Origin: Desulfobacteraceae bacterium
Lineage (GTDB): Bacteria > Desulfobacterota > Desulfobacteria > Desulfobacterales > Desulfosarcinaceae
Direction: 5' to 3'
NCBI GenBank assembly: GCA_013003715.1
Contig: JABDIN010000022.1
Coordinates: forward strand, 9,611-73,610
DNA: 64,000 bases
Of this stretch, positions 30,206 to 38,149 are shown in pieces (the first letter of the stretch is position 1; each line of letters begins with the position of its first letter). The position numbers and the translations under genes are program-made. The notes beneath the pieces are model-generated. The model saw only the letters and a program-made list of their open reading frames with translations. It ran no database searches and was not told the DNA's origin.

Positions 30206-31189
30206 ATGGGGCATTTGCTGGAAGTTAGAAATCTGGAAGTCAAATTCGCATTGCGGTTCGGTGACCTGACGGCCATCGACAACATCAGCTTTACGCTGGA
30301 CAAGAAAGAAAAGCTTGGTCTGGTCGGTGAAAGCGGCGCCGGAAAGTCGGTAACCGGTTTCTCCATTATCAACCTGATCAGTAAGCCGGGGTATATTTCC
30401 GGTGGCAGTATCCTTTTCGAAGACCGTGATCTGAGCAAGCTCAGTACCGGGGAGATGCGTAAGCTCCGCGGCCACCGTATCAGTATGATATTTCAGGACC
30501 CGATGATGACACTGAATCCGGTGTTGACCATCGGCACCCAAATGACCGAAACGGTGCTGGCGCACATGAAGGTGTCCAAAAGCGATGCCATGGACATTGC
30601 GCTTGAAAAATTGAAAAAGGTGTATATCCCTTCACCGGAGAAGCGTTTGTTCCAATATCCCCATGAATGCTCAGGGGGCATGCGCCAGCGCATTGTAATC
30701 GCAATCGCCTTGTTGACCAATCCCTCGCTGATCGTTGCCGATGAGCCCACCACCGCCCTGGATGTCACCATTCAGGCCGGTATCATGGATTTGCTCCAGG
30801 AGTTATGCACAACCGAGGATATGGGGCTCATCCTGATTACCCATGATTTAGCGGTGGTCTCGCAGGTTACGGACAAGATCGCTGTCATGTATGCGGGTAG
30901 AATCATCGAAACCGGTCCCACGGAAGAAATTGTCAACAACCCCCGGCACCCATATACCAAGGGACTGATAAACTCACTGCCCGGCGGCCTTCAAGCCGGA
31001 TCGCGGCTGGCCCAGATACCCGGTATGATGCCGACCCTCACGGACATTCCCGATGGGTGCGCATTTAATCCGAGGTGCACCATAAACGGGCCCATTTGCC
31101 TGGAAAAATTGCCGGAGTTAAGGGTATTGGATGGGAAAAACCATTCAGCAGCGTGTCATATGCTGGAAAACGACCAACGAGACAAATAG
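30206..31189 (+). CDS. Peptide ABC transporter ATP-binding protein (DppD/OppD-like)
   Basis: [28 protein letters not shown], and C-terminal CAFNPRC...C...C. Confidence 0.88.
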   Translation: MGHLLEVRNLEVKFALRFGDLTAIDNISFTLDKKEKLGLVGESGAGKSVTGFSIINLISKPGYISGGSILFEDRDLSKLSTGEMRKLRGHRISMIFQDPMMTLNPVLTIGTQMTETVLAHMKVSKSDAMDIALEKLKKVYIPSPEKRLFQYPHECSGGMRQRIVIAIALLTNPSLIVADEPTTALDVTIQAGIMDLLQELCTTEDMGLILITHDLAVVSQVTDKIAVMYAGRIIETGPTEEIVNNPRHPYTKGLINSLPGGLQAGSRLAQIPGMMPTLTDIPDGCAFNPRCTINGPICLEKLPELRVLDGKNHSAACHMLENDQRDK

Positions 31190-31268
31190 CGGTATCCGTT
31201 CCTTTAGGCGATGATAACCGGATTGAAACCGATACCACTTTGCATGTACCTTTTCAGATGATAAAACT

Positions 31269-32288
31269 ATGGACAAATCGAATCACCTTCTGACCATTGA
31301 GAACCTTGTCAAACATTTTGATATCTCCGGCGGCTTGCTCGATCAGTTATCCATCGAGAAAGGGAGAGTCAAACGCCACCGAACCATTGTCAAAGCGGTT
31401 AATGACGTCAGTTTGTTCATCAAGCCCGGTGAAACCTTGAGCGTCGTGGGCGAGAGCGGTTGCGGTAAATCCACATTGGCCAGAACGATTCTGGGGCTTT
31501 ATCCCCCTGAGAGCGGGCAGGTGTTTTATCGCGGGGACCGTATCGATCACCTTTCATCGCAGCAGATGCTGCCTTACCGCACTAAGATGCAGATGATCTT
31601 TCAGGATCCATACGCGTCTTTGAATCCGCGTATGAATGTGGAGCGGATATTGGAAGAACCGGTTATTTTTCACAATAAATCAATACGTTCCGATGAAGTC
31701 ACCGAGAAGGTCGCCGAGGTCATGGACCTGGTCGGCGTCGATCCCAAATGGTCCGATCGCTATCCCCACGAATTTTCCGGGGGACAGCGCCAGCGTATCA
31801 GTATCGCCCGGGCATTGATGGTGGATCCGGAGTTTATCGTTGCGGATGAACCTGTGTCTGCCCTGGACGTTTCCATACAGGCGCAAATCCTCAATCTGCT
31901 GATGGATGCCCAGGAGAAACGCGGTCTCACCTATCTGCTGATCACCCACGATCTTTCCGTGGTGGAGCATGTGAGTACACGGGTGGCGGTAATGTATCTG
32001 GGATGTCTGTGCGAACTGGCCACGGTAAAAGAATTGTATAACTCACCACGTCACCCGTACACTAAAGCGTTGTTGAGCGCCATTCCAAGGCTTGGTGTAC
32101 GTCAGCCCAAGCATATCAGATTAAAAGGCGAGGTCCCCACCCCTATTAACCTCCCCCCCGGTTGTGTTTTCCACAACCGGTGCACCTATGCGGACGATCG
32201 CTGCATCGTTGAGGTCCCAAAACTTCTGGAACTGCCATCCGGTACCTTTGTGGCGTGTCACAGGGTGGAAGAGGGACGATTGGATTGA
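31269..32288 (+). CDS. Peptide ABC transporter ATP-binding protein (DppF/OppF-like)
   Basis: [29 protein letters not shown], and C-terminal CVFHNRCTYADDRC. Confidence 0.88.
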   Translation: MDKSNHLLTIENLVKHFDISGGLLDQLSIEKGRVKRHRTIVKAVNDVSLFIKPGETLSVVGESGCGKSTLARTILGLYPPESGQVFYRGDRIDHLSSQQMLPYRTKMQMIFQDPYASLNPRMNVERILEEPVIFHNKSIRSDEVTEKVAEVMDLVGVDPKWSDRYPHEFSGGQRQRISIARALMVDPEFIVADEPVSALDVSIQAQILNLLMDAQEKRGLTYLLITHDLSVVEHVSTRVAVMYLGCLCELATVKELYNSPRHPYTKALLSAIPRLGVRQPKHIRLKGEVPTPINLPPGCVFHNRCTYADDRCIVEVPKLLELPSGTFVACHRVEEGRLD

Positions 32289-32363
32289 GGATACAAAGGT
32301 ATTGGATGCCGCAGGTTCAACGCCGTCCGGTACTTTTTTCTCTGATCTTTCTAAATGCTTGTT

Positions 32364-33698
32364 TTACATGTCTTTGAGTAATTTATTTGCCGGAGAACCG
32401 TCGACGAGTCTCTTTAATTCGTCGAGTGAGTTCGCCATCAAATCCTGCCCGCCAAGGAACGGCATCGAATTCATCCGCCCCCTGCGCACCACACGGTCCA
32501 TCACGAATGCAATAGTGATGTTGTTAACATCCATGGCCGGCTGATAGCCGGGTGACTGTTTGTTGTTTCGACCATCGATTTCCGACAAAACACCACTGGT
32601 GACGAGGATGGACAGAATGTGCCGCAATGGCCGAAGGGGGATATCCAGTGCCGTGGACAGCCCTTCGGCGGACATGGGTGCCTTGCCTTCCGTAAAGACG
32701 TTCACGATGCAATGGGTGATCTTCAGCGCGAGAATTATTTCCAATCTTGGATTTAACGGACTGAACTCGGCACTTCGCTCATAGGCGTGCTCATTTTGAT
32801 GGGCATAGCTGATCTCCGCGCCCATCAGCACGATCATCCAGCTCACCTGGATCCAGACGAGGAACAGTGGTAAAGCCGCGAAACTCCCGTAAATGGCATT
32901 GTATTGCGCCACCAGGATCTGGAAATTTATGTAGAGACCCTGGGCGAACTGGTAGATGGTTCCGGCAATTATGCCGGCTGCCAATGCCGACCGGAATCGA
33001 ATCACCGTGTTGGGCATCACCATGTAGATCAAGGTGAAAAGAATCCATATGAGCATAAAGGGGGCGAGTTTCAATCCGAGGAATATCACCGGACCCAGCA
33101 ACTCGAGCAGGTGAAATTTGCCGGTTATCGCCGTTACCTGTGTTTTGATGAAGACCGTTGTACTGCCGGAAATGATCACCAGGATAGGACAAATAAGCAT
33201 GATGGACAGGTAGTCGCTGAATTTGCGAATGATGGTCCGGGGTTGGGTTTCCCAGATGGAATTGAGCGTACTTTCAATATGAAACAGCACCTTGATCACC
33301 GACCAGAAAAGAAGGAGGATGCCGATACCGGCGATGAGACTGCCTTTGGTGGATTCGAGAAGGGTGTGTGCAAATTCGATGATGCGAATCAATACGGCCT
33401 CTTGACCGGAAAACTGGTTTAATACCTCCCGTTCCATGATTTTTTCAAATCCGAATCCCTTGGCGATACCAAAGGCCATGGCGAACACCGGAACAATGGA
33501 CAGCAGGGTGAAAAACGTCAGGGCCGAAGCCCGCAGGGGACAATTATCCTTGGTAAACCCCTTGACCGCCAGCACCATGATCCTGATCCATCTGGTTTGC
33601 AGGGCGCTGAATCCGCTGAGGTCCATGACCCGGACCTGCCAGATGCCCACGTCTAAAAACCGTACGATCCTGTGCGACCATTGTGAAATCCGATTCAT
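32364..33698 (-). CDS. YihY/BrkB-family membrane protein with a ~130-aa C-terminal soluble extension
   Basis: YihY-like core (CPLRASALTFFTLLSIVPVFAMAFGIAKGFG ... AIYGSFAALPLFLVWIQVSWMIVLMGAEISY). The start could be ATG 33698 (MNRISQW...) or 33713. Confidence 0.75.
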   Translation of the reverse strand: MNRISQWSHRIVRFLDVGIWQVRVMDLSGFSALQTRWIRIMVLAVKGFTKDNCPLRASALTFFTLLSIVPVFAMAFGIAKGFGFEKIMEREVLNQFSGQEAVLIRIIEFAHTLLESTKGSLIAGIGILLLFWSVIKVLFHIESTLNSIWETQPRTIIRKFSDYLSIMLICPILVIISGSTTVFIKTQVTAITGKFHLLELLGPVIFLGLKLAPFMLIWILFTLIYMVMPNTVIRFRSALAAGIIAGTIYQFAQGLYINFQILVAQYNAIYGSFAALPLFLVWIQVSWMIVLMGAEISYAHQNEHAYERSAEFSPLNPRLEIILALKITHCIVNVFTEGKAPMSAEGLSTALDIPLRPLRHILSILVTSGVLSEIDGRNNKQSPGYQPAMDVNNITIAFVMDRVVRRGRMNSMPFLGGQDLMANSLDELKRLVDGSPANKLLKDM

Positions 33699-33972
33699 GA
33701 TGATTCCCGGCATGTGGAAGTAAATGAAGAAAACTAACGGTTATAATTGCAAATACAACCATATAACCAACCGGACGGGAAAGGCAAGATCCTTCTTCTG
33801 AAATTTCAGCCGACTGGCCGTTCAAAAATCTGTCCGTCACGTCTTCTTCCTGAGTCGATCCGCCTTGCCTTTACCCCGGTGAGATCTTTTTATCAACCCA
33901 GGTCAACCCAATAAAAAAAATAAAAAATGGAAAAAAAGGAGATTTTGTGATCCAGATCACAGATTTTCCGGG

Positions 33973-34308
33973 TTGGGTGGGGTAAGTAAAAGGGCAATGG
34001 ACCGGGATACAGTTAGACCCAGCGACGTTGAATGGCTTTGCTGCGTTCATGGGGCGTTTTTATGGACTGAATTCCAATTCGGGGGGGACCGCAGCATGGA
34101 TATATTTGAAAACCAGTCTTTCATAACCGAGTTCCTTGCTGCAACCCCTCCGCCATTTGCTGTCTGCTTCCGCACCCTTGCCGGCCGGCTGATCAGGGTA
34201 ATCTCAGGTGAGCACCAAACGCTCGCCGATCATGGTTTTAACGATTTGTACGAACTTTTTTCCAATGAGCGCATTCGGGGTTTTATTCAATATGAGCCGG
34301 CCAAATGA
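33973..34308 (+). CDS. Hypothetical small protein (doubtful)
   Basis: Open frame only. An internal ATG (MDIFENQSF..., ~70 aa) is preceded by a G-rich stretch. No motif. Convergent with the MinD-like gene. Confidence 0.25.
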   Translation: MGGVSKRAMDRDTVRPSDVEWLCCVHGAFLWTEFQFGGDRSMDIFENQSFITEFLAATPPPFAVCFRTLAGRLIRVISGEHQTLADHGFNDLYELFSNERIRGFIQYEPAK

Positions 34309-34309
34309 T

Positions 34310-35071
34310 TTACTTGCCCCATTTTTCGATTTTCGCTGCGATGGTGGATACGGCCATCCCGGCCGGGCATTCGGGTTCGGACTGAATAAAAGGGGTTTGG
34401 GCTTTCACCGCACGGTTCACCGCCGGATCAGCGGGAATCGTGCCTAGGAGTTCGAGCTCCATGGATAAAAATTGCGATACCACCTGTTGCAGATTGTTGT
34501 AGACCTTGCGGCCCTCCCTTTCATTGGCCACGGCATTCAGTATGGTAAAAAAGGCGTTTTTGGGGTGTTGCCGGGCCATCACCTTCATCAATGCGTAAGC
34601 ATCGGTAATGGATGTGGGATCCGGCGTCAGCACGACGATATTGTAAAGTGCCTGACGGTTGAACCAGAGAACCGATGGACCAATGCCTGCTGCGGTATCC
34701 AATATCACAAAGTCAAAACCCACGGCCAGATCCTCGATAAACCCATTCAGCCTGGATTGCTCGTCCGGTCCCAGTGTGACCATCTCGGGAACCCCTGATG
34801 TCGCTGGTAATATGCCGAGGTTTTCGATGGGAAATACCAGCGAATCCTGCGGGTTGCCGGATTCATCCAGGAGGTTGCGAATGGTTTGTTTGATGGGAAT
34901 TCCCAACAACAGGTCCACATTTGCCAGTCCTAGATCCCCGTCAACGAGCAGGACCCGGCTTCCGGATTTCACCAGTGCGTAGGCCAGGTTTACGCTCAAA
35001 CTGGTTTTCCCCACACCGCCTTTACCGCTGGCAACACAGATGGTCGTTGGCGGCCTTTTTTTTGCTGTCAT
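34310..35071 (-). CDS. MinD/ParA/FlhG-family P-loop ATPase
   Basis: Deviant Walker A SGKGGVGKTS, plus LVDGDLGLANVD and ILDTAAG. 253 aa. Starts 2 nt after the stop of the upstream GGDEF gene. Confidence 0.85.
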   Translation of the reverse strand: MTAKKRPPTTICVASGKGGVGKTSLSVNLAYALVKSGSRVLLVDGDLGLANVDLLLGIPIKQTIRNLLDESGNPQDSLVFPIENLGILPATSGVPEMVTLGPDEQSRLNGFIEDLAVGFDFVILDTAAGIGPSVLWFNRQALYNIVVLTPDPTSITDAYALMKVMARQHPKNAFFTILNAVANEREGRKVYNNLQQVVSQFLSMELELLGTIPADPAVNRAVKAQTPFIQSEPECPAGMAVSTIAAKIEKWGK

Positions 35072-35073
35072 AA

Positions 35074-35766
35074 CTACCTTTTTTGTTTCGTCGGGCGATC
35101 CGTTCCCAACAACAGGTTTTTCTCCTCATCACGGACGCCTGTCGATTCGGCAATTGATGAATATGTATCGTAGCAGACCCGGTTCCGCCCGTTGGATTTG
35201 GCGCGCAGTACCAGTTGATCCGCCGTTTCGATGATGGACCCCGAGGTCATGTCCTGATCTTGGACAATTCCTGTCACCCCGAAACTGCCGGTGAGAACAA
35301 TCGGTTTTCCGTCCAGAGAAAGCGGTGATTTCTCCAGTGAACGGCGCAGTCGCTCTGCCGTTTGTATGGCCTGGGGCAGACGGGTGCCGGGTAAAATAAA
35401 AACAAATTCTTCTCCCCCGTACCGGCAGGGGATATCTATCCGCCTCAGATTACTGCGCCAGATTCCGGCGGTTGTTTTAAGTACCAGGTTGCCGTTCTCG
35501 TGGCCATAGGTATCGTTGATGCGCTTGAAATAATCCAGGTCGCCCATGATCAGGCTGGCGGGAACCCCTGTCCGGCGGGTCCGTTCCATTTCCTGCTCCA
35601 GCGCATTCATCAAATACCTGTAGTTGAAAAAACCGGTCAATGCATCCACTTGGGACAACGCTTCCAGCTCCTTGCACTTTTCTTCGAGCCGGCGAATCCT
35701 ATCCTGCAGGGGACAGGTGTTTTTATCTGTAGGGCAATCTGGTTGTTTCTCTTCCAAGAGATTCAA
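35074..35766 (-). CDS. Diguanylate cyclase (GGDEF domain) with N-terminal coiled-coil
   Basis: DALTGFFNYRY, DLDYFKRINDTYGH, RYGGEEFVFILP (GGEEF active site). TTG start preceded by GAGGAGG. Confidence 0.85.
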   Translation of the reverse strand: MNLLEEKQPDCPTDKNTCPLQDRIRRLEEKCKELEALSQVDALTGFFNYRYLMNALEQEMERTRRTGVPASLIMGDLDYFKRINDTYGHENGNLVLKTTAGIWRSNLRRIDIPCRYGGEEFVFILPGTRLPQAIQTAERLRRSLEKSPLSLDGKPIVLTGSFGVTGIVQDQDMTSGSIIETADQLVLRAKSNGRNRVCYDTYSSIAESTGVRDEEKNLLLGTDRPTKQKR

Positions 35767-35924
35767 AAAACCTCCTCGTCACGCGTTTGCGGCCAGGGGA
35801 AGGAAACCATCGGAATGTCTTCACCCGGGCCCATGGATTACTATCGGCTGTTGGAGAAACAGCTAAAGCCGTCTTACCGTTTTTTAAGGAAAACCTTTGC
35901 AGAATCATTGCCGGCCGGAAACGG

Positions 35925-36296
35925 CTATAAGCCTTTTGCTTTCTTCACATCCAATTTGGGATTCTCCCGGTGGCGCTTGCTGTCTCTGCGGGTCTTTTTG
36001 CCAAAGTTACGATCTATGGCCGATGTCAGGTCGATGCCGGTTTGATTGGCGATACAGACCGTCACAAACAGAATATCCGCCAGTTCATCGGCCAGTGCAT
36101 CGGAGGTGTCTTTCTGCTTAAAACTTTGATCTCCGTACCTGCGGGTCATTATCCGGGCGGCTTCACCCACTTCTTCCATCAGAATCCCCAGGTTTGTCAA
36201 CTCACTGAAATATCGTACACCGAATCGCTGGATCCACCGGTCCACTCTTTCCTGATAGTCGCTGATGGTCATTTCCGGCATGATGTTTCCTTCCAT
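35925..36296 (-). CDS. MazG-like nucleotide pyrophosphohydrolase
   Basis: MazG/NTP-PPase helical motifs (LMEEVGEAARIM ... LADELADILFVTVCIANQTGIDL). An alternative ATG at 36281 (MPEMTISDY...) has a better RBS. Confidence 0.8.
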   Translation of the reverse strand: MEGNIMPEMTISDYQERVDRWIQRFGVRYFSELTNLGILMEEVGEAARIMTRRYGDQSFKQKDTSDALADELADILFVTVCIANQTGIDLTSAIDRNFGKKTRRDSKRHRENPKLDVKKAKGL

Positions 36297-36392
36297 ATCT
36301 GATATGTCCGCTATGGGATCCGTTACTGAAATCCCTGTGGGGGGTCATTTGAATTTCCTGATTATGGCTTTTGGACAGCCACCTTATACCCT

Positions 36393-37232
36393 ATGAAAAT
36401 AGAAATCAAAAGGCAACGGCACGGACCATGCGGGAACCGGGTGGAATGGGTTCGGGCGCATTCCGCAGATCCAGCGGCGATCGTGTTTTCACCGCCCTTG
36501 GTGGGCGGAAACGCGGTACAGCAAATCAAGCTCTTCCGGCCACTGGTTCGTTCCGGATATGATTTGATATCCTATACCTACACCGGGCATCGAAAGGTCT
36601 CCGGCCGGTTCTGTCTGTCGGGAACCCTTGATACCACCCGTGAAATATTGGATCAAGCCCGGACGGCGGCGACCACCGCCGGCTTGAATCTTTATGGGCT
36701 TGGCTGCTGCTATGGCGCCATCCCGCTTTTGTATAATGCGGCCCGGATGCCGGCGGCCTTTCACAAACTGATCCTGATAAATCCCATCGTCCGATTAAAC
36801 CTTGCCGAAAGTGCCGGCTCGTTTTTAGCGTATTATCGCCGATTGGTGCACCAGTATCGTATCCTTCCCGGCTTGCGCAGGGCACTGGCAAGCTACCTGG
36901 AATTTTTATTTCCGCATGTTCCCAGACGCCGCGGCGCTTTTGGAGAACTTCAGCTCAATCGTTTGAACGTTCAGCGAATCTTCTTCGACATCATGGCCTT
37001 TAATCCACTGATGAAAGGGCTTGCGGTGGAGCCACCGGTGCTATGTCTTTACGGTAGAAAAGACAGGATATTGCACCTGTTGTCCACCCGAACCCGGAGC
37101 CGGTATGAGAACGATATTCGATCCATCTGTCCGCTGGTGACCTATTATCCCGTGGACGGAGATCATTTGCTGTCAACTGCGGGTGTGCGACGGAAAGCCT
37201 TGAATCAGCTGGTTCATTTTCTGGAAGCATAA
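36393..37232 (+). CDS. Alpha/beta-hydrolase-fold protein (possible Cys nucleophile)
   Basis: Length and secondary-structure pattern fit an alpha/beta hydrolase. The nucleophile-elbow position reads G-C-C-Y-G (aa 104-108) rather than GxSxG. A C-terminal His (DGDHLL) is present. Confidence 0.55.
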   Translation: MKIEIKRQRHGPCGNRVEWVRAHSADPAAIVFSPPLVGGNAVQQIKLFRPLVRSGYDLISYTYTGHRKVSGRFCLSGTLDTTREILDQARTAATTAGLNLYGLGCCYGAIPLLYNAARMPAAFHKLILINPIVRLNLAESAGSFLAYYRRLVHQYRILPGLRRALASYLEFLFPHVPRRRGAFGELQLNRLNVQRIFFDIMAFNPLMKGLAVEPPVLCLYGRKDRILHLLSTRTRSRYENDIRSICPLVTYYPVDGDHLLSTAGVRRKALNQLVHFLEA

Positions 37233-37305
37233 TAGTGTTTTACCGAAAAAGGGAGGTCCCTGCCACAGTCACTCAGTTGAGCAAATCTTTCATGATAATT
37301 AATAT

Positions 37306-37326
37306 CGGTTTTCTGAAGGAAAGCCG
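37306..37326 (-). terminator. Candidate terminator hairpin after ilvN
   Basis: Minus-strand RNA CGGCUUUCC-UUCA-GAAAACCG starts 8 nt after the ilvN stop and is followed by an A/U-rich tail (AUAUUAAUUAU). Confidence 0.4.
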
Positions 37327-37333
37327 GTTGTGC

Positions 37334-37822
37334 TTAATCCGATTCCCGATACAACCCCAATATGCCCGACCGGGCCAGCTTCTTGATGCCCATGGGACGC
37401 AGGAGGTTGATCATGGCTTCGATTTTTTCAGGTCTGCCGGAAACTTCGATGATATAGTGCGAGGTTCCGGTATCAACGATTTTCGCGCGAAAATCATCTG
37501 TGATTCGTTGGATTTCGGACCGTTTATTTGCTTGCGCCTTCACACAAATCAATGCCATTTCCCGTTTGACCGCATCCTCCCCGGTCATGTCACGAACCTT
37601 GACGACTTTAATCAATCGCCGCAGCTGTTTCATTATCTGTTCCAGCCGTTCCGGATTGGCCTGTGTGGTGATGGTGATCCGGGACATATCGGGGTTGGCC
37701 GTGGGCGCCCCGCAAATGGTTTCGATATTGTAATTTCGACTGGCAAACAGACCGGAAACCCGTGCGGTGACCCCGGGTTCATTTTCCACCAGCATGGTGA
37801 TAACATGCCGTTCTTCTTTCAT
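37334..37822 (-). CDS. ilvN: Acetolactate synthase small (regulatory) subunit
   Basis: HVITMLVENEPGVTARVSGLFASRNYNIETI (ACT domain), collinear with IlvH/IlvN through the C-terminal ARSGILGL. 162 aa. No large-subunit gene is adjacent. Confidence 0.88.
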   Translation of the reverse strand: MKEERHVITMLVENEPGVTARVSGLFASRNYNIETICGAPTANPDMSRITITTQANPERLEQIMKQLRRLIKVVKVRDMTGEDAVKREMALICVKAQANKRSEIQRITDDFRAKIVDTGTSHYIIEVSGRPEKIEAMINLLRPMGIKKLARSGILGLYRESD

Positions 37823-37959
37823 CTCGCGCCTCTAATCCGGAGGTGGACGGCACTCTCAGCACCCGTCGATTCGGCCATGGGCGCGTACTTTACCGAAGGT
37901 ATGGTTTTCAATCATTTATCAAAGATGATCGGAATGCGCAAACGAAAGAGAGGGATGTA

Positions 37960-38058
37960 CCAGGGGGACGGTATTTAAAAATGATAGGGTTGGAATAGTG
38001 TCCGATGAAAACAGGTAATGTCAAATGTCAAAGCTCAAATGGCGGTATGCTATCCATT
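37960..38058 (+). repeat. Intergenic repeat module M1, copy A (solo)
   Basis: Shares ...tttaaaaatgata.ggg...agtgtccgatgaaaacaggtaatgtcaaat...ggcggtatgctatccatt with 63206-63324, including a 28-nt exact run. Also matches 53885-54048. Contains 3 heptamer units (38020-38040). Confidence 0.85.
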
Positions 38059-38149
38059 AGAAATTACCGATATCCGGAGGACATTTTTTTTACGGTAAAA
38101 TGTTGGCCGTTCGCGATTATATACTCAGGCGCATAGTCCCCTTGCCGGT

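Noticed and set aside
36366-36381. A -24/-12-like sequence, TGGCTGtccaaAAGCC, on the minus strand upstream of the MazG-like gene.
   Set aside because: The GG/GC spacing is correct, but the -12 region (AAGCC) lacks the TTGC core. It is too weak to call without transcript data, so it is mentioned only within a finding.
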